A DNA stretch of 64,000 nucleotides, taken from Chrysomallon squamiferum (Eukaryota; Animalia; Mollusca). This document shows, in pieces, positions 52,864-64,000 of this stretch. The stretch is from NCBI GenBank assembly GCA_012295275.1, contig CM022677.1:24490001-24554000 (forward strand), given 5' to 3'. Numbering within the stretch: the stretch's first letter is position 1; the number at the start of each line of letters is the position of its first letter. A program made the translations under genes and the position numbers. The notes under the pieces were generated by a model that had not been told where the DNA came from, searched no databases, and saw only the letters and a list, made by a program, of their open reading frames with translations.

Positions 52864-53766
52864 CATAAGCAAAACGTTACCTGACAAAGCAAAATGAATG
52901 CAAGCATTTCTAGTGCATGATGGGATACTGTTATAATGGCTAACCTAGTGTTACCTAATTTGAATTTGTTATTATTACTGCTGCTACTACTACTACTACA
53001 TCTACTACTACTACTACAACTACTACTACTACAACAACTACTAGTACTACTAATTTGAATTTGTTACTATTACTACTACTACTACTACTACTACAACAAC
53101 TACTACTACTACTACTACACTACTACTAACAACTACTACTACTAAACTACTAGTACTACTACTATTACTTTAAATCTCAATCTGCGTTTGATCGCTCCTG
53201 GTTGATCTAATATTAATTAATTTGTTTTTATTATTATTAGTGATACTACTATTACTACTACTACTATTTCTGCTATATTACTACTACTGCTACTATTGCT
53301 ACTACTGCTACTGCTACAATTATTATTATTATTTTAAATCTCATATTTCATGTGATCGTTTCAGTTTATCTTGTGTTAATTAATTTGACTTTTTTTTATT
53401 ATTACCGGTGATTCAACAACTACTACTACTATTACTACAGTAGTGCTACTACTAATACTATCATTACTACTAGTGCTACTACTAATACTCTATTGCTGCT
53501 ATTATTATTAATTTAAAACTCATATTTGATTTGATGTTTCAGGTTGACCTAGGCCAAGAGGACATTCTGGTTTCGTTCCGTCTTTTGGACGTGGTCCCGA
53601 TTAAAGGCGACGTCTCGAATCCGGCGAAACAGATTTCTATGCAGGATGCCGCAGACATGATCACTTCAGCCATTAATTCCAAACAGTTTGGTATCCAGAT
53701 TGTAACGCATTTAAAGGTGAGAGATATCATTTGAAACGTGCATCGATCAACTTGTCAAACCTACAG

Positions 53767-53810
<44 letters not shown>

Positions 53811-53931
53811 TCACGATCCCAAGTCAAAGAATAAAGTGGTTCTTTTCTTCTTTGTCTGTAGTTCGCGTCTACCTTTTTATTTGATTCCTTTTCTGATTTT
53901 TTATTTTTGTCTTTATTTTTGTCTATATTTT

Positions 53932-53967
<36 letters not shown>

Positions 53968-54367
53968 TCATTCATTCTTTCTTTCTTTCTTTATTTATTT
54001 TTGACTGCAAAAGTCGTTCATAGCTAAGCCGTTCAGTACTAAATCGTGGGACACGGTTATAAAAGACGACTCCTACAAAGAACCCCGTGTTGGTTACAGC
54101 GCCGGTATCTGTTCTTTTTAATATAATAGTAATAGTAATAGTATTAGTAATAATAATAGTAATAATAATAATAATAGTAATAATAATAATAGTAATAATG
54201 ATTATGATAATGATGATGATAATAATGATAATGATAATAATAATGATGATGATGATAATAATGAATAATAATAATAAATAATAATAATAATAATAATGAT
54301 GATAATGATGATGATAATAATAATCATGATGATGATAATGATGATGATGATAATAATAATAATAATG

Positions 54368-54410
<43 letters not shown>

Positions 54411-54842
54411 TGATGATGATAATTATGATAATGATGATTTTTTTAGCAAATTGTTTTATAGCTTTAATTTTATATCTGTTATCTACTTCTATATCTATGT
54501 TTATATCTATATCTGTCTATATATGTATGTGCCTGTGTGTGTGTGTGAGAGAGAATGTTTGTGTGGTGTATGTGTTGTGTGTGTTTGTATGTGAGTGTGT
54601 GTTTGTGTGTGAGTGTGTGTTTCTGTGTTGTGTGTGTGTGTTGTCTGTATGTCTGTACGTATGCCTGTATATAAACATATTACTTTATTACAGGAACTAT
54701 GGCAGGGACCGGTACTGGCGTGTTTCTCTTGTCGTTTGTGGTCGGTTTCGGTGCTTTGTTCGTCCTCTACAAGCGACTTGGCGGCTCTTTCACCCTGAAA
54801 AGGTTTGACGACCTTGAACCTGTCGTCAACAATAGAAACTAA
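51735..54842 (+). pseudogene. 5'-truncated duplicate of the membrane protein gene (copy 2)
   Basis: Exons 51735-51847, 53543-53716, 54008-54104, 54694-54842. It lacks the 39472 exon, and the acceptor of the third exon is TG (54006-54007) instead of AG. Confidence 0.72.
52379..52641. mobile_element. hAT-like MITE, unit 2 copy
   Basis: Same TIRs as 40532-40770. Retains an internal ~24-bp piece (AGAAAAAAAAGGATGGCGACTCCC) absent from unit 1. Confidence 0.6.
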
Positions 54843-54942
54843 ATATTTAACATCATCATCATTTTCATGATAATCATTCTTCTTCTTCTTGAATATTTTC
54901 CATCCAAATAATGTATTTCATCAAAATAATGTTTTCAATCAA

Positions 54943-54981
<39 letters not shown>

Positions 54982-55007
54982 TAAATTATAAATTATAATT
55001 CTGTGTT

Positions 55008-55041
<34 letters not shown>

Positions 55042-55383
55042 TCTATTACAATACATAACAGAAGTGAATATTTGCCAATTTTTTTTTTTATCAACGCTAT
55101 TAAATGAAAGCTAGACAAAAGAAAAACTGTTATTTATTTACCATCAACAACAGCAGTTCTGCATCTGTTTGAAATGAATCATTAGAACGGCACAGTTAGG
55201 TTACATCCAATTCTGCATGTTTTAAACTAGCTTGTAAATAAACACTTCATATATGGAGCTATTTAACTGTTGTTTTGTTAATTGGGTCGTGTTTATGTCT
55301 GTCACTGATATACATTAGATTATTTGGATTGATACACATAAAGATGTCTTTATTTTAATCCCTCTCTACATTAAATTATTTGC

Positions 55384-55415
<32 letters not shown>

Positions 55416-55612
55416 CAACATTTCTTTATTTTAATAACTAAGTTGTCTACGGTAAATTATTTGCTAGGTACAAACAAACGTGTCTTTATTTCATCGGTTT
55501 AATTATTTATTTCTTTATATATTCACTAATATTTATTTATTTACTTTATTTATTTATTTTTATTTATTTATATATTTATTTATTTCGTTTATTTATTTAT
55601 TTATTTACTAAT

Positions 55613-55643
<31 letters not shown>

Positions 55644-56423
55644 TTTATATATTTATTTATTTACTTTATTTATTTATTCATTCATTTATTTACTTTATTT
55701 ATTTATTTACTAGTATGTATTTATTTAATTTAATTTATTTATTTATTTCGTTTATTTATTTATTTATATACTAATATTTATTTATTTATTTGTTTATTTA
55801 TTTTACTTATTTATTTGTTTGTTTCCTTGTTTATTTAAGTACTACCCTCAATAGCACTTCTCATTAAAGGAATGCAAACCGATCTTATGTCAACGTGACA
55901 AATAAAACACAATTACAGGTGAACACGACAGACCAAAATATATAATTAATAGGTGAAAAAAAAGAAACAAAACGATTCTAAGAGTTGGCAGACAATATTA
56001 ACGTGTCGAGAGAGAGAAAGAAAAAATTTTTATATTCAAACTGCCAACATACATGGAACAAACGCCCCTTGTAAACACTGATTAAAACAGTCTCATTAAT
56101 TTCGTTACGTGCGTTCTTTACTATTTTCAAAATACGAGTATTATGTAACCAGATATACATGTCAACAAATAATAAACAAAAAACACATAGGCACGCACAC
56201 ATATGGATAAATATACATACATTTATATATATGTATATATATATATATGGATAGACATGTAGTTTGATAGATAGATATAGATAGATGCAATTACATGTTA
56301 ATTTACTTTATTCAGATTACAAGTAAAAAGTGGTTTAATTATTTCATTTTTAAATTCTTTTTATTAATTCTTTTTTAAAATATATATTCTTAATAGGAGA
56401 AACAATATGTATATATATTTGCA

Positions 56424-56477
<54 letters not shown>

Positions 56478-56874
56478 TATGATATTTCCATACTGAGGTA
56501 ATTAAATTTAAATCGCAATTATATATATACGATTTCTCTTCTGATCAGAAAACAAATACGCTTTCGCAAATAAATATTAATATCATCGGACGAGTGCAAA
56601 CACGGCGATTTACCGAATCAAAATACGATTCAAAGACAGCAAGTGGCAAATTTGTAACAATCAACTATCTTTTCAAACCGTTGTCATCATCACGTTTGTA
56701 AAATCAGACAGTAGTTAACACAGGACAACCTGTCAGTTAAGCTAACACGTACCTACGTAGATAATGTCAATTTGCACTGACTGTTATGTAACAAACAAGC
56801 GAAGTTTATCGCCGGTGAAATGGTTAGAGGCGTAGTAATACGAAACGCACAGTTGAGCGTTTTGCTATCTAGAC

Positions 56875-57121
56875 ATGGCTGGATTCTGGTTTGCGGTGAA
56901 CTTCTGGGCGGCTTGCATAGCAGTGTCTACAGGTTTTGTTTTCTTCGACTTTAAGTGTAGAGTAAGATTAGACGACAAACAGAACGATTGCGTCTGATCA
57001 CAAATTCAGTGGTAGTTGTAGTTGTAGTAGTGATAATGATAATTGCGATACGGCTCCGAAGTAAAGAATTAAAAAGTAAAAAAAAAAAAAAACAAAGATG
57101 AGAAAAACAACGTAATAATGA

Positions 57122-57188
<67 letters not shown>

Positions 57189-57274
57189 ACTACTATTAAT
57201 AATAATAATAATAATAATAATAGTAATAATAATAATAATGTTACTACTAGTACTACTACTACTACTACTAATAG

Positions 57275-57312
<38 letters not shown>

Positions 57313-57363
57313 CTACTACTACTACCAATAATAATAATAATGATAATAATAATAATAATAATA

Positions 57364-57409
<46 letters not shown>

Positions 57410-58513
57410 ACTACTACTACTACTACTACTATAATAATAATAATAATAATAACAACAAATACTAATACTAATAACCAACAACAAACAACAACAACAATAA
57501 CAACATTCTCGAGGCACTGGTTCAAATTTTAACCCTGGATTTTGCAGACGACTCTGTAGAAATCAGAGGATCAAACGTTGCAGTCACTGGCAAACCATAC
57601 TACCTGTTCTGTAGCGTGGAGAACGTCACACACCCCATCGTTTTCGGAAGAAACTTCGGAGGCCGGTTTGGTGCCATCTGCGTGGTCGACCTGGTGTGCG
57701 TGCACCGGTTCAAAGTCGCCGACTACAGCTGCGAATGTTTCGGCGAAAGGGACGGCCGTAAATACTTCAGGTTGTTGATCCTGGCTCTGAGGGACATGGA
57801 CCACGCAGAGTGGAAATGCCAGCACGGAGAAGAGTACAGTGAACTGTTGTCGTTCAGAGTTCAAGGTGCGAAGTGATAAAGAAAATAGCGTGAAAACGAG
57901 TTGCTCTGTAGTTGTTGTGTGTCTGTTGTTGTTGTTGTTGTTGTTATTATTTTTAGTCTGTTTATTTATATATACTGATTTTTTTTTGTATACCATTTTT
58001 TCTGTTTTTGTTGTTTGTGTTGTTGATTTTGCTTCTTGAAACATATTACCACCACCATCACCACTACTACTACTATTACTACTACTACTACTACTACTAC
58101 TACTAATAATAATAATAACAAACATAAGAAGAAGAAAAAAAATAAATAAAAGGAGAAGATGTTGATGATGATGATTATGATTATGATGATGAGGATGAGG
58201 GATGATGAAGAGGAAGAAATGGAAAGATGATAATGAGAATAAGGATGAAAGTACAAATTTATTAATCCCATATTTATTTATTTACTTATTTATTTTATTT
58301 ATTTATTTATTTATTTTTTTATTTTTTTTTTTTTTTTTATTTATTTATTTATTTATTTATATATTTTTATTTAATTATTATTTTGTTTTATTTTATTTAT
58401 TTATTTATTTTTTATTTTATTTTATTTATTTCTTTATTTTAATTAATTAATTTATTTATTCATTTATTTTATTATTTATTTTATTTTAATCATTTATTTA
58501 TTTTATTTATTTT

Positions 58514-58556
<43 letters not shown>

Positions 58557-58606
58557 TTAATTTTATTTATTTATTTATTTATTTATTTTTTATTTATTTA
58601 TTTATT

Positions 58607-58645
<39 letters not shown>

Positions 58646-59202
58646 TTATTTATTTATTTTATTTATATATCTAATTATTTCATTTTATTTACTTATTTAC
58701 TTATTCACTTTCACACCAACTACAATCGAACTCTTACACTTCCAGAATTTTACCTACTTATCCGGGGTGGTGATCTAGGGGTACTCGACGAACCATACAG
58801 CATTCTGTGCAGGGCGGATCCCATCCCGGACAAAATCTACCCGATCGTTTTTCAAAGAGATTTGGGCAATGGCTTCAGCGGTCTTTGCACAATAACCATG
58901 AACTGTACGAACTTGTTCGTGGTCCCTAACTATACCTGCGGGCTGCCTGCAAATGAATTCACAACACAGGTTCTACAAACTGACGATAGACAGTATGAGA
59001 AAAGTGGACCACGCCATGTGGAGGTGTCAGCAAGGAAGGAGATACAGCAACTACATCACCTTCAAACTTCAGAGTAAGAACGCTGAAATAGGGGGAAAAG
59101 TTGGTTTTTACTGGTTCTTAAAATCACACTGCTGCGATGGATGTCAGAGTGTTAAGAGTTATTTAGTGAACAGTGTTAGGATTTTGTGTCTGAATGGTAA
59201 CA

Positions 59203-59240
<38 letters not shown>

Positions 59241-59322
59241 ATAATAATGATAACGATTTTGTGTCTGAGTAGTAAATAACGATAATAACGATAACACTGA
59301 TAATGGTTATAATGATAATGAT

Positions 59323-59375
<53 letters not shown>

Positions 59376-59377
59376 CG

Positions 59378-59421
<44 letters not shown>

Positions 59422-59998
59422 TATAATTATAATAATAATAACAAGAAGAAAAAGAAGAAGAAGAAATGATAAATATCAATAGTGATACAACAACAACAAC
59501 TCCACCATCATCACCACCATCACTACCACCACCACCACCAACAACAACAAACAAACAAAAACAACGATGGCAGTAACAGTTAAAACTGACTGAAGTCAAA
59601 TTTTATTTTATTTTTTTTTCAGACGTAAGCGTGTCTATCTACAGGTCAGTGACCCCAGTGCTCGGCAGTTCGTACTCTGTCTACTGTCTCGTTTTTCCGT
59701 CTAAAAACATCCTCGGCCCTTTGTTCTTTCAACGAAACTTCGGTTCGGGATTCTGGGTCGCTTGCATCGTCGACAAAGACTGCAAAATGAGGCTGCCTCT
59801 ACCTGAATACGTGTGTTCGTGCACGAAGACGGAATCGAAGATGCGAATATACAACTTGAAAATAGTGAACCTGACTGCGATGGATATGCATCAGTGGCAG
59901 TGTATCATTGGAAAGTCAGTAAGCAACATAATTGCGATAAGTAAGTAATAAAAAAATATATATATATATAAAAACGGCAAGGAAAAAAAAAACGTAAC

Positions 59999-60066
<68 letters not shown>

Positions 60067-60621
60067 AAGAAGAAGAAGAAAATAGTTTTAATGAATCCTC
60101 TATTTTGCAAATCTATATTCATTTTCACATATTTTTCATAGTAATATTATACAATTATATCTTACGATTTTTGTTATCATCTTTATTTTCAACACTGTAA
60201 TTACGTTGAACGATTTAATTATGTAAATTATAACGTACACGACGGTTATTATGTTATATATTTATTTTCCATAATACTATTATAATAAATCATTATCTAC
60301 AACTTTTTATTATAATCTGTATTTATTATCACATACTTTGGTTTTTTAACTACAGAATTATGCAAATTACAAATTGATTACGTTTGTTATGAATTTTATT
60401 ATTATTATTTTTTTTGCCTTTTTGGGTTATTTTCACAACATATAAATTATGTTTTACTTCTGTTGTTATTTTCTCTATCTATGTTCACATAGTTTACTTT
60501 GGTCTTTCTGCACTTTCGTCTCGTCAATGTACAACCTTATTTCTTTTAAATTAATTACCCTGAGAAAAGTGAAAATGAATTATAAACTGATTAAAATATT
60601 TTCTTTCATTTTTCAGAATGA
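56875..60621 (+). pseudogene. Secreted 3x Ig-like domain gene, copy 2, with +1 frameshift in domain 2 (pseudogene or sequencing error)
   Basis: Exons 56875-56932, 57548-57865, 58746-59073 (328 nt vs 327), 59623-59940, 60617-60621. TGCGGGCTGC at ~58938 vs TGCGGCTGC in copy 1. Confidence 0.75.
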
Positions 60622-60891
60622 GGCTAACGTTTGCAGCTGAAATAAGCAAGAGAGATCGCGTATCCCAACATTTTCTTTTCTTTTCTATTTTTTGTTTGTT
60701 TGTTTAAATATTTATCTGTCTGTTATGGTTGGCGGTTTCTCTCTCTTTTGATTAATAAAGCAGTTCGATTATTTTATTTTATTTGTTTTTGAAATCATTA
60801 AATGATATAAATTAATTAATGAATAATCAGTTTAATAAACATACTTTCTATATTTGTTTGCAATTTTACAACATTTTTCAAATTATCCTTA

Positions 60892-60959
<68 letters not shown>

Positions 60960-61227
60960 ATTATTGTTGTTGTTGATATTATTGTTGTGTTATTATTATT
61001 GTTACTGTTGTTGTTGTGTTACTATTATTGTTGTGTGTTATTATTATTGTTGTTGTTACTGTTATTATTATAACAAATATAATAACAAAGAGTTGGAGAG
61101 AGAGAGATGGATACTGTGATCAGATAACAATTCCTTCTTTCTTATTAACTCACTATGAAGTGACGTCATCCAATGCTTACTCGTATGTGTTTAATTATTC
61201 TTAATTATACTTAATTATTATTCTACT

Positions 61228-61290
<63 letters not shown>

Positions 61291-61295
<5 letters not shown>

Positions 61296-61542
61296 ACCGG
61301 ACCAATTATCCGGACTCCTTGGGGCCTGAGGCATTCCGGAAAATTGACGATTCACAACTGTGGCGACTCGATACGTAAACAATGCGGCGAGTGAATGAAC
61401 GCCACGCGGCTTTAAAGAGTAGTTACAGTCTGGTGAGGACAACAACCGCGCGCGCGAACTATGAAAATATTGTCTGGAAAAAAATTCCGGTTTTCTTCGT
61501 CTTTCCGGATTTCAGGACGCCGGATAATTGGTCCGGTACCCA
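61291..61542. mobile_element. Tc1/mariner-like MITE (~250 bp)
   Basis: Perfect 21-bp TIR GGTACCGGACCAATTATCCGG (61293-61313) / CCGGATAATTGGTCCGGTACC (61520-61540), imperfectly extendable to ~55 bp. TA at the right flank, and TA at the left flank in unit 1. Confidence 0.8.
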
Positions 61543-62589
61543 TATATGTATGTGTGTGTGTTTATATATATATGCCATTCCATGACACAACAGACAAGAG
61601 GAAAACAAATCAAGTTTCTTTCTTTCATTATGTAAACAGTTAGAATGTATTAATAAAGCTTCTAATTTGCATAAAAAGTAAAAATTCTTGGCATAATTTG
61701 AAGACTACAAACTTCACAGAAATAAGAATATATTAAGCCTCTGAAATCAGAACATTGCCTTAAAGACATATTATGAAGCCGTAGCATCAGTTTAAAGAAT
61801 ATGGAAGGTTAAAAATATTTTCTGAACGTAGATAGAAGTCAGATATTTGATTTAAAAAAAAGTGTGATCAGTGATTGTAACGTCTGTTACGAGAATCAGA
61901 TCTAAATGTTTATGTGAGAGAAAAGATATCAAAGCATATCATGACGTTCTTTCTAATTCTGTTAACGCTGGCTACGTCACAGATGAAAAATATGGCAGTC
62001 ATGAAATGACGTATTTGTATTTGAGAGAGGAAAGAAAACTGTCAGATGTCACGTTTAACTTTCGTCACGGTGAAAGGTGGATTCTGTAACAACGATAACA
62101 TTCCCGTTGGTCAAGAATGTTTTAAAAAAAAAAATTTTTTTTTTTTTTTTTTTTTTTTTACCATTGTCGTAATCATTCAGCATCTTTAGTACCAAAGGTG
62201 GTTTCACTAATTCCACACAATTCTCCAGCACTTCCTCTTTGTTAATTTTATTATAAAGAAAACCAAAAACAGTGGACACTAGAATTTCATTTTATGTCAG
62301 CTTATAATATGTAACACACGCACACACAGAGTTATGTAATAATTTTCACTCTTAATTATAACTGGTAGTCTTCTATAGTGATTTCTCCTTCATTCCAAGT
62401 GAAAACATTCATTTAGATTTCAGATAATTTTCAATTAAAGTTAATTGGTTTTTGCCAATGTCATTTTGAAGTAACATTTATTTTTATATTTATATTATTT
62501 TATTTTATTTTATTTTATTTTATTTGTCACGCAATTAATTGCGCCCAGGACTCTGTGATTTAAAAATCTGCTCATGCACACATTTCAAA

Positions 62590-62622
<33 letters not shown>

Positions 62623-62862
62623 CATGAATTTGTGGACATTATTCACTTTTAAACAGAACATTTTAACAAGAAGCCAGTTTTAATGATTCCACTATCGAAA
62701 GCAACGTCTTGTAACTAAAAGAAACATTTAAAACAAACAAAAAAAGACATACGACGAAAAACAAAGAAGAATCAATTTCAGTTCAGAAGACCACATCTTC
62801 TTTATTTACAGCAACAACTACGAAGGCTTCGCGTTTCTTGCAATCAGTATCGGAACTGTTGT

Positions 62863-63203
62863 TTACAATTCCTCAATCGGAGCGTTTAGAGTGAGTTTCT
62901 CGCTTAAACTGTTTCCGTTTCGACACCTCCACTGATTGAGATCGATGTGACGTAAGCGTCGAATCGTCAACGCGTAAACTCTGACGTCAGACTTCTTGGC
63001 GGAGCAGCCGCAGTGGTACTCCGGTATTGGCAGCCTCATTTTGCACTGTTTGTCAACTACGCATATTGACCAAAATCCAGACCCGAAATTTCGTTGGAAG
63101 TCCATCGCAGACAAAATATTTTTAGCAGGAAAAATCGAGCAGTAAAGAATGTATTTATCTCCTGTCTCCGAAGATAGTGACACACCTATGCTCAGACTTA
63201 CAT
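62863..63203 (-). CDS. Terminal 6-Cys Ig-like domain exon, unit 2 copy
   Basis: Acceptor at 63204, intact 341-nt exon. Differs from the unit 1 copy by T>M, K>E and N>S. Confidence 0.78.
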
Positions 63204-63385
63204 CTAAAACCAGAGTTTTTTTTGTTTGTTTAAATAAATATTTTAATAATTATCGTGATGTTTTATTGCTTCATTATCGTCATGATTATCATGTTTATCA
63301 TCACATACATCATAAGCATTATTATTTATACCGCGACTTGTACTATTTACTTTTGATTATAATTTTTTTTCATTATTCTACTGCA

Positions 63386-63433
<48 letters not shown>

Positions 63434-63469
63434 TTGTTGTTGTTGTTGTTGTTGTTGATCATTATTCAG

Positions 63470-63582
63470 GTGATTATCGTGACGTCATCAAGATAAACAA
63501 AGAGATGTTTAAACGATGGCTTCTTATGTCGATTCGTGACGTCACAAACCACATATCGGCGTTACGTATATCTAACATGCAG
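63470..63582 (+). pseudogene. First retained exon of membrane protein gene, copy 3 (continues beyond window)
   Basis: 113-nt exon AG|GTGATTATC...ATGCAG|GT, homologous to 39886-39998. Confidence 0.7.
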
Positions 63583-63900
63583 GTACGTCGGAGTTATCTT
63601 CCCTTACTTGTCACTTTTATTTCTCGTACAGTCGAAGGTCTTTACAAGATCCCCTGAATATCGCATTTCCATTCATTATCCTAAAAATGCTTCAGGACAG
63701 ATCTTCTGTATTAATTTTAAATACCTTTTCTTTATTTCTTCACCTCAGCATAGACTTTTATTATTCTCTACGAAAGTGGTTTTCAATCTGTGGTAAACAT
63801 AACCAGCAGACATCAAGACTAATCGAGCAAATTAAACTAGAAGATCACCAAAAGAATGATAAACCATTCTCGTCAGACTCTCCATAAATATTCCTAATTA

Positions 63901-63946
<46 letters not shown>

Positions 63947-64000
63947 TTCAAAAATAATATTTTTGCGTTGTATTGTATCCAATTAAGACACATAGTTTTG

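Larger units (their letters stand above)
39800..64000 (+). repeat. Tandem segmental array, ~11.8 kb unit (unit 1 ~39800-51660, unit 2 ~51660-63390, unit 3 from ~63390)
   Basis: Matching anchors at 39952/51801/63536 (spacings 11849 and 11735). All exons and MITEs recur in order. Confidence 0.97.

Overview
AT-rich, microsatellite-dense animal DNA; a mollusc/cephalopod-like origin is inferred from composition and gene content only. There is one 200-N gap at 2387-2586. Most ORF-track entries are microsatellite artefacts, and most real genes are spliced, so I rebuilt them by hand. (1) 1-15.3 kb is a duplicated caspase locus. Two QACQG (caspase-8/10-type) catalytic domains are intronless and carry long acidic tandem-repeat N-termini with no visible death fold. 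Each is followed by a decayed Tx1/L1-type LINE. Between them lie reiterated promoter-like modules with ISRE-, CRE- and NRF1-like motifs. (2) 17.4-35.7 kb holds two tandem 4-coding-exon NDUFA4/NMES1(C15orf48)-family microprotein genes (97 and 94 aa), absent from the ORF track. The second has a kappaB site and a dense HRE cluster. (3) 39.8-64 kb is a ~11.8 kb tandem array (2 full units plus the start of a third). Each unit has the 3' exons of a single-pass membrane protein gene and a complete 5-exon gene for a secreted protein of three atypical 6-Cys Ig-like domains. Each also has an orphan terminal exon of a convergent paralogue and two MITEs. All alignments were done by eye and no database searches were run.
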